64,000 nt of DNA from an uncultured bacterium (GTDB taxonomy: Bacteria; Oederibacteriota; Muellerivitia; Muellerivitales; Muellerivitaceae), in NCBI GenBank assembly GCA_964624625.1, contig CAZUXW010000004.1:28931-92930 (forward strand), in the 5' to 3' direction. Both the position numbers and the translations under genes were made by a program. Positions 34,384-43,505 of this stretch are shown here, piece by piece; position 1 is the first letter of the stretch; each line of letters opens with the position of its first letter. The notes beneath the pieces were generated by a model. It ran no database searches. It was not told where the DNA came from and saw nothing but the letters and a program-made list of their open reading frames with translations.

Positions 34384-37300
34384 TCATTTTAACCGCGAAT
34401 TTACTTCGGTCCAAAAAGTTGGACGAAGAAAACTTTTCAACATTTGAACCGAGTCTTCCAGCCTCAATTCACTCCGGATCAACAGCCCTTTCCCGACCTT
34501 TTGAAGGATCACCGCTGACCGGCCGGGATTCTTCGAAAGGGCAACAAGGGACGCCCATTGGGAACCCTTGGCGGTTAACCCATGATCGACCTTTCCCGCG
34601 GCCAATCCTGGGACAAAGCCGAAGAGTTCCGCCAGGGCCGGCCCTTCCCGGCGCCCGCCCTCCTTGGAGGGAACCGCCTCATCCCTCGTGTCGTCCACTT
34701 CCCAACCCCCTTGCGTCAAATGGATCAACCACTCGGGAAGAATCTCCCGGTTTGAATAGGCCGGTCCCAAGAAAAGTATCCCGCCCCTTTCCAGGAATTT
34801 TTTGAAGGCCTTTCCCAGCTCCTGGTCGGCCCAGTAAGAGGCGGGTTTAAAATGATGGCGGCCCGAGGAAAAGGCGCCGGTGCCTAAAACCGCCAGTTTG
34901 GTCCGTAAGGCTCCCTTGTCATCCAACAGTGCGGAAGCGATGTCCCCGGTGGAAATCGGCAGGTCCATATCCAGGAAACTGACCGAAGAGGTGACCCGCC
35001 TCATGGTCTTGAGCTCGCTGCCGCCCACCGATGGGAAGTTGGCTGGTTCGGTATTTTTGTGTTTTAGGAAAATCCCCGAGGGCGTGGTGAGGAGCAGGAG
35101 GCTGGAGGGTTCCACCAGGTAAGGTTCCGGTTGAAAAGGTTGGGGCGGCGGCGGGTTCCGTTCCCCGCTCGGAAGTTGGGACCCTTCGGAAACGGTGATG
35201 GTTTGGTCCTGGCCCTCCGCCAAAGTAAAACGGCACCTGGCTTCCCTGCCGTTGGTTTCAGCCAACGTTTTTTGCCATTCCACTGAACCCAAAGTGGTGA
35301 GGTTGGATAAAAGGTGTAGGCTTGCCCAAATATCAACCAGGACTTCAGGGGAGGGACCCTTGTCCAGATGAAAGTTGACGGACCATTCTTTCGCCCCGGT
35401 TCTTTTCAGGGAAAATGAGACTTGGGATTTTCCGACGAGAAGCCTCTGGGCCGAGAATATTTTCAAATCCTCCGGCAGGTGGGGCGAAAACACAACCCGG
35501 TTGTTTCCGGCGTCCGGGGAGAAGCCCGTGATAAATTCCAAAAGCGACTCCGTATTTAAACCGCCTTCCCAGGGCCTCACCCTCCCGCTGGTACCAAGTC
35601 CCCAAGCAGGCGTATTCCAGGGGTGACATTGACCGTCGTACATCTCGGCGAATTCGCCCGAAGGCGTGGCGGTTTTGAGAACCGCGCGGTAGGCCTTTTC
35701 GGCCCAGGGCAGCCGGGCTTTCGAAAACGAGTAAAGCAATTGGCCGGGATTCATTCCCACGAAAAAATCAACCGTCGGCGTTGTTTTCCAAAAACCATCT
35801 TCCCTTCCGAGAATGGGATAAGCATTACGCAAGGCGGCAACCGCATGGCCCGAACTGGAAGGCGTTTCGCCTAAGGGGTCTAAGTCGTTCCTGGCGTAAC
35901 CGCACCAAAAGGGATTGATCAGGACATTGGCCTGGGGCGCGTTGACCAGGGGGCCCAACAGGGATTGGGCCGGCGCCCAATAGCCGGCTTTTTCGTTCCA
36001 ATAGGTGGCCTCGGCCTTGTCGCGGACCTTGCGGGCCAGGCTGGTCATTTCCGAAACATCCTTATCCATCTCAATATATTTTCCCAAGTAGGCCAAGCGG
36101 TCCGCGGCCGCGACGAGGTCGAAGCTGGAATCCGCCGCGAAGGCGTAAGTGGATAGGTCGTAATTGGGACAGGGGCATTGGTCAAAGCACCTGGATTCGA
36201 GGCACCAAAGATAGGTCTCGTCCCGGTGGAAAAAATACTTGTCCTCCACCCGGACCTGTCCCTCGACGCATCGTTTTAAATAGCCCCACCTGGCCCGGAT
36301 CAGGTCGATGTCGCCGGTCGTCAGGTAATACCACCAATGCTGCAGCACAATCCAATTGGGAGTCTCCGCGTGCTCCACTTGGATGTCCGAAAGGTCTTTT
36401 TTCCGGAAATTCAGGGGGAAATCCACCCGGACGCTGTTGGGAAGGGATCCCATGCTCGAGGCGATCCCGTAAAAAAAATCCATGGCTCCCTTCGCTTCCC
36501 GGGGATGGCCTGTTTTCAAAAACCAGCGGATGGGGCCGTTGTTGTCACGGATCCAAGTGTAGGAATAACCGATGAGCGGCGAGAAGCCTCCGGAGTGGGA
36601 TTGCTGGCTCTTAAAAATCATCGATTCAATCTCGAAAAGATCCGTGATTTTGGGATCCCCGGCGAATTCCGTTCCCTGCCGGAACCAATCGGTGAAATAA
36701 ACGCGGGTCTGATCCAAAAGGGAGAGGGCTCCTTTTTTGCGGAGGCCGGCGCTGTCCGCGGCGCTTTCCCGGGAAGTATCGGAGGAGAGAAGAAAGAAAG
36801 CGGCCCATGTTTCCCCGCCTGGCGGCAAGCTTGGAAAGCGGTAGCGGAGGTTGCCTTCGGATATGCTGGCGTTGCCCTGTTGGAAAGCCCCCAGCCTCCA
36901 TACCGTTCGCTTTTTCGCCTTCGCGGCTTTTTGAACCAACACCAAATCATGGCCGATGTTTTTCTTCGGGGCTGTCACGTTCCAGGCTGCTTGGATTTTC
37001 AACTCAAGATTCAGGTCGGATTCGGTTTTTGTTCCCGAGTTGGTGAGGTGGACCATCCGGATGATAACGGGCGTGTTGTTCCAAACGGCATCATCCTCGG
37101 AAGTCACTGGGGCGAAATCATAACTCTCGACGGACAAACCGCTCCCCTGGGCTTCCACCTTCACCAAGCCGGACCTTTTCACCCAGCCGATTTTTTGCCC
37201 GGGAAGCCAGACGGGGCTGCCGCCCCTGGTCAGGGCCATGTGGAGGGAGCCCAAGTCCGGCTCTTGATAGGAATCCCCGTAGATGTTCGACCAATTCCAA

Positions 37301-37599
37301 AGGGGGCTGGAAAGCCCGACCAGGGCGAAGGCCCGCCCGTTTCCGACGCAATAGGCTCCGGTTAGGTTGGCCTTGACCTCTTGGGAGGATAAATCAAAAG
37401 TTTCGTTCCAGGAATAAAGGTCGCGGAGCCAGGGACGCTCCTCCAGAACCCTTCTTCCGGCTTTTTCCAAAGCCCTATCCGCTCCAGTCGTGGAACGGCC
37501 CGGGGGACCTTGGTCGCTTTGGCCCAACCAAGCCGGTTCCGGCAATCCCCAAAGCACCGGCAGGATCAGCAGGATTATCCAGGGGCGCCTTTCGTTCAT
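34384..37599 (-). CDS. Secreted six-hairpin (alpha/alpha)6 glycosidase-like protein (GH15/GH63-like core) with an extra C-terminal domain
   Basis: A signal peptide. YSYTWIRD and multiple W-rich helical repeats are reminiscent of glucoamylase/GH63 toroids. The C-terminal ~200 aa (…GGILFLGPAYSNRE…) resemble a class-I-amidotransferase-like/ThuA-like fold. The family assignment is tentative. Confidence 0.5.
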   Translation of the reverse strand: MNERRPWIILLILPVLWGLPEPAWLGQSDQGPPGRSTTGADRALEKAGRRVLEERPWLRDLYSWNETFDLSSQEVKANLTGAYCVGNGRAFALVGLSSPLWNWSNIYGDSYQEPDLGSLHMALTRGGSPVWLPGQKIGWVKRSGLVKVEAQGSGLSVESYDFAPVTSEDDAVWNNTPVIIRMVHLTNSGTKTESDLNLELKIQAAWNVTAPKKNIGHDLVLVQKAAKAKKRTVWRLGAFQQGNASISEGNLRYRFPSLPPGGETWAAFFLLSSDTSRESAADSAGLRKKGALSLLDQTRVYFTDWFRQGTEFAGDPKITDLFEIESMIFKSQQSHSGGFSPLIGYSYTWIRDNNGPIRWFLKTGHPREAKGAMDFFYGIASSMGSLPNSVRVDFPLNFRKKDLSDIQVEHAETPNWIVLQHWWYYLTTGDIDLIRARWGYLKRCVEGQVRVEDKYFFHRDETYLWCLESRCFDQCPCPNYDLSTYAFAADSSFDLVAAADRLAYLGKYIEMDKDVSEMTSLARKVRDKAEATYWNEKAGYWAPAQSLLGPLVNAPQANVLINPFWCGYARNDLDPLGETPSSSGHAVAALRNAYPILGREDGFWKTTPTVDFFVGMNPGQLLYSFSKARLPWAEKAYRAVLKTATPSGEFAEMYDGQCHPWNTPAWGLGTSGRVRPWEGGLNTESLLEFITGFSPDAGNNRVVFSPHLPEDLKIFSAQRLLVGKSQVSFSLKRTGAKEWSVNFHLDKGPSPEVLVDIWASLHLLSNLTTLGSVEWQKTLAETNGREARCRFTLAEGQDQTITVSEGSQLPSGERNPPPPQPFQPEPYLVEPSSLLLLTTPSGIFLKHKNTEPANFPSVGGSELKTMRRVTSSVSFLDMDLPISTGDIASALLDDKGALRTKLAVLGTGAFSSGRHHFKPASYWADQELGKAFKKFLERGGILFLGPAYSNREILPEWLIHLTQGGWEVDDTRDEAVPSKEGGRREGPALAELFGFVPGLAAGKVDHGLTAKGSQWASLVALSKNPGRSAVILQKVGKGLLIRSELRLEDSVQMLKSFLRPTFWTEVNSRLK

Positions 37600-39320
37600 G
37601 TTTTTTTCCCGAGTTTTTTTCCGCCTTTGGTTCCCGGAACCGGTTCTTTGGACGGCGGCGCGGCTGGGATGGGTGTGGGGATAGGCTTACTCATGGAATA
37701 AAAATAGGTTTTGCCGTGGTAAGGGACAGGCTTGAGAAGATATTGGCCCAGGAACTGGGATAGGCGGTCGGGCGGAAGGTTCATCAACCGGATAAATTTC
37801 AGGTTCCACTCGTCATTTTTGTTCACGACTTCGGACAGAACCCAGACTTTGTGGTGGCGCTTCCAGGTATGGTCCAACAGAAGGGACAGGTCCTCCCAAG
37901 GATCCTGGTCTCGACCCTGGGAGTGGTTGGCTGGAGGTTTATCTTTTTTGACCTCGTATTTCCTTAAAAAAGAGTGAAGGCTTAAATAATGTCTTTTTTG
38001 GTAGCGGTCAATGTAGAAAGGAACGGTGTTGATTCCCGTCAGCATTAAAAGGTCCTCCGCCCCGACTTTCCAATCGATTGCCTCAAGGAGGGGTTTCGCG
38101 CTGTGGGTCACGGCGGTTTTCTTGATCGAGGATTGGAAGTTATAGAGGTACAAGAGCGCCACCAACCCCGTCCATAACAGGATCACGATTCCCCGGTTGG
38201 CGAAATGAAGGACGGGGTTGGTCCAACGCTGGGAGATGGCGGAGACGGTCACCCCCATCAAGATCCAGCAAGGCACGGTGGAAGAAACCCAAAACTCGAT
38301 ATTCCAGGGCTCCCACCATAAAAAAAAGGGGACAAAAACACCGATCCAGAGGACCCCGACCCAAAGAGTTTGCCGGTAACTTTCCCAAAAGAGCCTGAAA
38401 CGGACGAGGAGAAAACCCAGGCAGATGAAAATGGCGTATTGGAAGAGGGTTTTGACAAACTCGAGGGTGATGGGCTGGTTGGGGCCTGGATCCGGATTGG
38501 TTTTGGCGAGAAAAGCCTTCAACATCGCCAATTTTCCCTGTTCAAAACCAGCGGCGGGAAGATAGCCGCCCCATCCTTGGACATGGAAATATGCGAAAAC
38601 CCAATAAATCCAGGAAGCGTAAGTCTTGTGGAAATAAATAAACCTTCCCACAAAGGCGTAAAAGGAAAGCACGCCCAAGGTGAGGGACGACAGGTAATAG
38701 ATACAAAACCAAAACCTTTCTCCGGCGCTTTTCTCCCGGACGCAGCAGATTCCGCCCAAAAACGCCGGGATCAGCATCAAATTGGTCTGGTGTCCCAGAA
38801 CCGCCAACCCGTGGGAAAGGCCCAACAGGACGCCGAAGGCCGGCCCCCGCTCCTTCAAAAAAGTCAGCAGGTACCAGGTCAAGAGGGGTGTGACCGTGGC
38901 GAAAATTCGGACGCCAGGGGATGTGGAAAAATACCAGTAGCTGAAAGTAAAGGACATGCCCAGTGCCGTCAGGAACGATACGAAGGGGTCCTTGGTTTTT
39001 CGGACGAGAAGGTGGAAGGCGATCAGCACCCCCAGGATCCCGATCAAGATATCGAAAAATTGGAGGGCCACCATGCCGTCCCAGGCGGCCCCGTGATCCC
39101 TACCCCATAAATAAAAAAGGCGGCCCAAAAATGCGTAAATCAGGTGGTGGGGATGAAAAAACTTATAAAGCGGCGTGTCCGAGTTTTCGACCCTCTCGGC
39201 GAACACCATGCCGTCGTAGGTGAAATTGACGGGCAACTTGGAAAGGTACACGAAAAGGCATAAAGCGAATAAACCCAGGCTCAAAAGAAAGGTAACGGCC
39301 GGTTTGGTCCAATCACGCAT
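37596..39320 (-). CDS. DUF2723/TMEM260-like polytopic membrane protein (standalone paralog)
   Basis: The N-terminus (FTYDGMVFAE…HPHHLIYAFLGRLF) parallels the 20479-22587 protein. About 12 TM helices. Its stop overlaps the start of the downstream glycosidase-like gene. Confidence 0.55.
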   Translation of the reverse strand: MRDWTKPAVTFLLSLGLFALCLFVYLSKLPVNFTYDGMVFAERVENSDTPLYKFFHPHHLIYAFLGRLFYLWGRDHGAAWDGMVALQFFDILIGILGVLIAFHLLVRKTKDPFVSFLTALGMSFTFSYWYFSTSPGVRIFATVTPLLTWYLLTFLKERGPAFGVLLGLSHGLAVLGHQTNLMLIPAFLGGICCVREKSAGERFWFCIYYLSSLTLGVLSFYAFVGRFIYFHKTYASWIYWVFAYFHVQGWGGYLPAAGFEQGKLAMLKAFLAKTNPDPGPNQPITLEFVKTLFQYAIFICLGFLLVRFRLFWESYRQTLWVGVLWIGVFVPFFLWWEPWNIEFWVSSTVPCWILMGVTVSAISQRWTNPVLHFANRGIVILLWTGLVALLYLYNFQSSIKKTAVTHSAKPLLEAIDWKVGAEDLLMLTGINTVPFYIDRYQKRHYLSLHSFLRKYEVKKDKPPANHSQGRDQDPWEDLSLLLDHTWKRHHKVWVLSEVVNKNDEWNLKFIRLMNLPPDRLSQFLGQYLLKPVPYHGKTYFYSMSKPIPTPIPAAPPSKEPVPGTKGGKKLGKKT

Positions 39321-39487
39321 GAGGTGAACCCTTTATCATTCCGCGGATGGGCTATTTAATGATAATTGGGTGGCCTATGCAAGGGGGCTCAAGGGCAGGT
39401 TCAAGGCGCCTGGTTCCACGGAAATCATCCAAAAACGACCGTTGTCGGCGGTTATGTGTTTTTAACTTGGACCTGGAACCGGTTGTT

Positions 39488-40003
39488 TTACTTTTTTTTC
39501 GCTTCATCCGCCTTGAGCTCGATGGAGGCTGAATTGATGCAATAGCGCAATCCCCCCGGTTTGGGGCCGTCCTCGAACACGTGGCCCAAGTGTCCGCCGC
39601 AGCGGGGGCAGAGAACTTCCGTTCGGTTCATGAAATGGGAATGGTCCTCCTGGGTCGCCACGCCGCCCTCGCTGATGGGTTTGGAAAAGCTGGGCCAGCC
39701 GCAGCCGGAGTCAAACTTGTCGTCGGAAACGAAAAGCTTATAACCGCAGGCGGCGCAGACATAGGTTCCCTTGTCGTGGGAATTCCAATATTTTCCCGTG
39801 AAGGCCTGTTCCGTCCCCTTTTGCCGGAGAACCGCGTATTGCTCCGGGGTTAAAGTCTTTTTCCATTCGGCGTCCGATTTCACCACTTTTTCCTGCATGA
39901 CGGCCCCCTTTTTGTTTTTGGCTTTATCCTTGGCTTCGCTGGAAAAGAAAGCGCCAGCCGCTAGAAACGAAAATGCCCAAATCATGATCGTCTTTTTTTT
40001 CAT
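39488..40003 (-). CDS. msrB: Peptide-methionine (R)-S-oxide reductase MsrB with a signal peptide (periplasmic)
   Basis: Two CxxC pairs ([21 protein letters not shown]) and the RYCINS active-site block. N-terminal signal [20 protein letters not shown]. Confidence 0.85.
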   Translation of the reverse strand: MKKKTIMIWAFSFLAAGAFFSSEAKDKAKNKKGAVMQEKVVKSDAEWKKTLTPEQYAVLRQKGTEQAFTGKYWNSHDKGTYVCAACGYKLFVSDDKFDSGCGWPSFSKPISEGGVATQEDHSHFMNRTEVLCPRCGGHLGHVFEDGPKPGGLRYCINSASIELKADEAKKK

Positions 40004-40207
40004 TGGTTCCCCCATAGGGATTCGGCTTTCGGTAATAAGTAAGTCTCCGGGATGGAAATGGTTACAGGGTACAAAGATTTAAGGGGATTTATCAATCACC
40101 CTCCCCTCAAGGGAGAGGGAAACCCTTGAGACTGGTACTGCTCCCAGGTGGGGCGATCCTCTGTGGCCGCTCCTAGATCACCCATAATGGTTTAATTGAA
40201 GATAAAA

Positions 40208-41245
40208 TTACGCCAGTCCCTGTTGGATTCTCTCGCCTAATACCGAATAGGGCCTGTGGGTTCCGCTCTTTCCCTTGATCCGGACCGGCTCCAAGGCCTC
40301 CATCCGAAATTGATTTCCCACCACCATGGCCAGATCCTGGTTGATCAGGCATTGCCCGTCCTCCGCGATCGAGCAGAGCCGGGAGGCCATGTTGACCGTG
40401 TCCCCGATGAGGGTGAATTCCATGCGCCTGGCCGAACCAATATTGCCGATGACCACATCGCCGCCGCACATGCCGACCCCGAGTCCCGTATGGACCGTTT
40501 CGCTGTAATTTTCCCGGAAAGTTCCCTGGATTTTGTGGAAGGAGTCCTGTATCCGCAAGGCGGCCAACAGGGCTTTCTTGGCGAAGGATTCCTCGGACTC
40601 GGCTGGCAGGGGGAAAAAGGCCATGATGGCGTCCCCCATGTATTTGTTTATCTCGCCGCCGGAAAAAGCGATGATTTCCTCGAACTCGGTGAACATTCGG
40701 TTCAGGTACCTGACGGTTTCCTGGGGGCGCAATTTTTCGGACATGGAGGTGAAGCCCCGGACGTCGGAAAAAAGCACCACCGCCCTGGTTAACTCCCCTT
40801 CCCAAACGGCCTGGATCCCCTTTTGGGTCGCGAACTGGGAAGCCTTGGTGCCGACGAACTTATCCAGGACATGCCTGGTCTCGCTGAGTTTTTTCTCGCT
40901 CTGCTGGAATCGCTGGGAGGCCGAGTCCATCAGTTGCTGTTTGGTTTGATCGATATCCATGGGGGAAACTTTTCGGATGATTTTGTAGTCATCCGGCAGT
41001 ATTTTACTGCGCAGTAGGAATATCTGGAGCTCGACGAAGAATCCCTCCTGTAATTTCCACCAAATGGCGCGCCAGGAGAGGAACAGGACGGGAATGGCCG
41101 CGATGCCCACCGCTATACTCGCTTTCCAATCTTGGAAAAAATACCAGCAGGATCCGGCGGTGAGGAAAAGCGACGCCAGACTCCAGCCGAGGGCGAAGGA
41201 GGAGGTGGGGCGGAAGGTTGTTTTTGTTTCAGGCGCGTCGGCCAT
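40208..41245 (-). CDS. Membrane-anchored class III adenylate/guanylate cyclase
   Basis: Two N-terminal TM helices. The catalytic domain carries FSDVRGFT, the metal-binding Asp, GDAIMAFF and LIGDTVNMASRL motifs. Confidence 0.75.
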   Translation of the reverse strand: MADAPETKTTFRPTSSFALGWSLASLFLTAGSCWYFFQDWKASIAVGIAAIPVLFLSWRAIWWKLQEGFFVELQIFLLRSKILPDDYKIIRKVSPMDIDQTKQQLMDSASQRFQQSEKKLSETRHVLDKFVGTKASQFATQKGIQAVWEGELTRAVVLFSDVRGFTSMSEKLRPQETVRYLNRMFTEFEEIIAFSGGEINKYMGDAIMAFFPLPAESEESFAKKALLAALRIQDSFHKIQGTFRENYSETVHTGLGVGMCGGDVVIGNIGSARRMEFTLIGDTVNMASRLCSIAEDGQCLINQDLAMVVGNQFRMEALEPVRIKGKSGTHRPYSVLGERIQQGLA

Positions 41246-41345
41246 GATCGGATATGTCCTCGGTGAAATGAACCGGGAGCATCATACCGTAAGGCCGACG
41301 GGGGTTCCATTGGGAGGGTGCCAGAAGATTTTATTCGACAACAAG

Positions 41346-42035
41346 TTAGCGGGGGTTTTGGCGGATATATTGGAACAAAGCCTCGGCGGATTGGTCGACG
41401 GATAAATCAGAATGATCCATCACAATGGATTCGGGTGTTTTACGGAGACCGCCCACGGCCCTCTTATAATCCCGGTCATCCCTGGCCTGAACCTCGGCCA
41501 TGACTTGCTCGAGAGTGGCTTTTGATCCAGCCTTTTCCAAGTCCATCAGTCTCCGCTTAGCCCTCGTCTCCACGGAAGCGTCCAAAAAAAATTTATATTG
41601 GGCGTCTGGAAAAACGTCCGTGCCGATGTCCCGCCCCTCCAACACCGATCCCCCGTAGGTAGCGCTGTCAACCCGGCCCATTTGCTGCTGCCGGGCGACT
41701 AGGATTTTACGGACCGGTACGGAGTTGGCGATATGGGCGGAGGCGTGGGTCACTTCCGGCGTGCGGATTTCGGAACTAACATCTTCCCCATTAAGGAACA
41801 CCTTGTTGTCAGGCTCGCCGGGTTTTAACTCTACTTTAGATTCTTGGGCGATCTTTTCCAACTCCGAGTCGTTTTTCAAATCCGCTTTTTTCCGAAGGGC
41901 GGATAGGGTCACCGACCGGTACATGGCGCCAGTGTCAATGTGAAGGAACCCTAGTTTCTTGGCCAATTGTTTCGCGACGGTGCTCTTCCCCGCCCCAGCC
42001 GGCCCGTCGATCGCGACGATAATGACTTTGTTCAT
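41346..42035 (-). CDS. cmk: Cytidylate kinase
   Basis: P-loop IAIDGPAGAGKST and an HIDTGAMYR block. The start is taken at MNKVIIV. Confidence 0.9.
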   Translation of the reverse strand: MNKVIIVAIDGPAGAGKSTVAKQLAKKLGFLHIDTGAMYRSVTLSALRKKADLKNDSELEKIAQESKVELKPGEPDNKVFLNGEDVSSEIRTPEVTHASAHIANSVPVRKILVARQQQMGRVDSATYGGSVLEGRDIGTDVFPDAQYKFFLDASVETRAKRRLMDLEKAGSKATLEQVMAEVQARDDRDYKRAVGGLRKTPESIVMDHSDLSVDQSAEALFQYIRQNPR

Positions 42036-42102
42036 GTTAACCCCGAATGATGAATTGGAAAAGCCGAAGGCGCATACAAGAAACGGTAAAAGATAAAACC
42101 TA

Positions 42103-42196
42103 TTGACCACAGATGAACAGGGATTTACACAGAAGTAAAATTATTTTTATGTAAACCTTTTTCAATCGGTGTAAATCCATGTCCATCAATGGTTAA
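42103..42196. repeat. Copy Y of the structured intergenic repeat (TTGACCACAGATGAACAGGGATTTACAC…GTGTAAATCCATGTCCATCAATGGTTAA)
   Basis: Lies between aroA and cmk. It has the same 5' CCACAGATGA.CAGGGAT and 3' TGG.TAA ends as copies X and Z, plus an internal GATTTACAC/GTGTAAATC inverted repeat. Confidence 0.55.
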
Positions 42197-42206
42197 TTTC
42201 ATTTTC

Positions 42207-43505
42207 CTAACCGCGGCTGATTCGCTTCAGCATGGTTTCGAAGCCGGGGAATGAGGTATTGATGTTTTCGGTGTCCAGAATCGTCGTGGGCCCCTCCGCG
42301 ATCAAAGCCGCGACGGCGAGGGACATCGCGATTCGGTGGTCCCCTCCCGAAGAAAGCACGCAACCTTTTAACGGAGTGGGCCCCTTGATCACCCATCCAT
42401 CCTGGGTGGGCGTGATATCGGCGCCCATTTTTTTCAAAGTCACCGCCATCAGGCTGATCCTGTCGGATTCCTTGACCTTCATTTCGCCGGCATTCCGGAC
42501 GATGGTCGTTCCCCTGGCCTGGGTCGCAGCCACGGCGAAAACCGGAAACTCATCGATCATCCGGGGAACCAGGTCGCCTCCCGCGGCAACGGCCTTTAAT
42601 GGGGAGGACGACACCATGAGGTCCGCGCTTGGCTCCTCCCCCTTTCCCGATTTTCGGGGCATCACCTTGATTTTAGCGCCCATTTTTTTGAGAACATCGA
42701 GGATTCCGGTGCGGGTGGGATTCATTCCGACATTTTTTAAAGTCACTAAGGACTTGGGAACAATAAGACCGGCAACGATAAAAAAAGCGGCCGAGGAAAT
42801 ATCGCCTGGGACGGTAATTTTCCTCGCTTTGAATGGATCGACCGGGCCCGTTACCGAAATTTCCTTGTTCTTTTTGCGGAAGGGGATGGAAAAGGCGCTG
42901 AACATTCTTTCCGTATGATCCCTTGTGGGCGTCGGCTCGACGACGGTGGTTTTCCCATCCGCGAAAAGACCTGCCAACAACAGGGCGCTTTTGACCTGTG
43001 CGCTGGCCACCGGCAAGGCATAGGTGATTCCCGTTAATCCGCTTGGTTGCAGCGTTAAGGGAAGCAGGGCTGCATTCCCGGGGCCCGAGATCCGCGCTCC
43101 CATTTGGGCCAGCGGCGCGACTACCCGTTTCATCGGGCGCTTCCGGAGATACTTGTCTCCGGTTATGGAACAGGCAAAGGGCTGGCCTGCCAAAAGCCCC
43201 AAAATAATCCTGGCGGTCGTTCCCGAGTTCCCCGCGTCAAGAATTCCTTTGGGCATCCTCAAGGAATTGAGCCCTTTACCATGGATCACGATTTCCCCGG
43301 CCTTTTGTTCGATTCGGACGCCCATCTTCCTGAAAATTCCGATGGTGGAACGGCAATCGGCCGAGTTTAGAAAATGGCGGACACGCGTTTTTCCAAGCGC
43401 GAGGGACCCCAGCATGACGGAACGGTGGGAAATGGATTTGTCGCCGGGAACCTCCAGGGTCCCTTTCAGGCTCGCCGCGGGATGGACCGTTATTTTTTTC
43501 ATCAT
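42207..43505 (-). CDS. aroA: 3-phosphoshikimate 1-carboxyvinyltransferase (EPSP synthase)
   Basis: Motifs LEVPGDKSISHR, LDAGNSGTTAR and GDHRIAMS. The start ATG overlaps the tyrA stop (ATGA). Confidence 0.9.
   Translation of the reverse strand: MMKKITVHPAASLKGTLEVPGDKSISHRSVMLGSLALGKTRVRHFLNSADCRSTIGIFRKMGVRIEQKAGEIVIHGKGLNSLRMPKGILDAGNSGTTARIILGLLAGQPFACSITGDKYLRKRPMKRVVAPLAQMGARISGPGNAALLPLTLQPSGLTGITYALPVASAQVKSALLLAGLFADGKTTVVEPTPTRDHTERMFSAFSIPFRKKNKEISVTGPVDPFKARKITVPGDISSAAFFIVAGLIVPKSLVTLKNVGMNPTRTGILDVLKKMGAKIKVMPRKSGKGEEPSADLMVSSSPLKAVAAGGDLVPRMIDEFPVFAVAATQARGTTIVRNAGEMKVKESDRISLMAVTLKKMGADITPTQDGWVIKGPTPLKGCVLSSGGDHRIAMSLAVAALIAEGPTTILDTENINTSFPGFETMLKRISRG

Noticed and set aside
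36337-37365. 342-aa plus-strand ORF
   Set aside because: Antisense within the glycosidase-like gene (34384-37599). Gly/Pro/Arg-rich with no motifs.
38370-39110. 246-aa plus-strand ORF
   Set aside because: Antisense inside the DUF2723-like membrane-protein gene.
40173-40805. 210-aa minus-strand ORF overlapping the adenylate cyclase gene in another frame
   Set aside because: The same strand but a different frame from a gene with clear cyclase motifs. Arg/Gly/His-rich nonsense translation.
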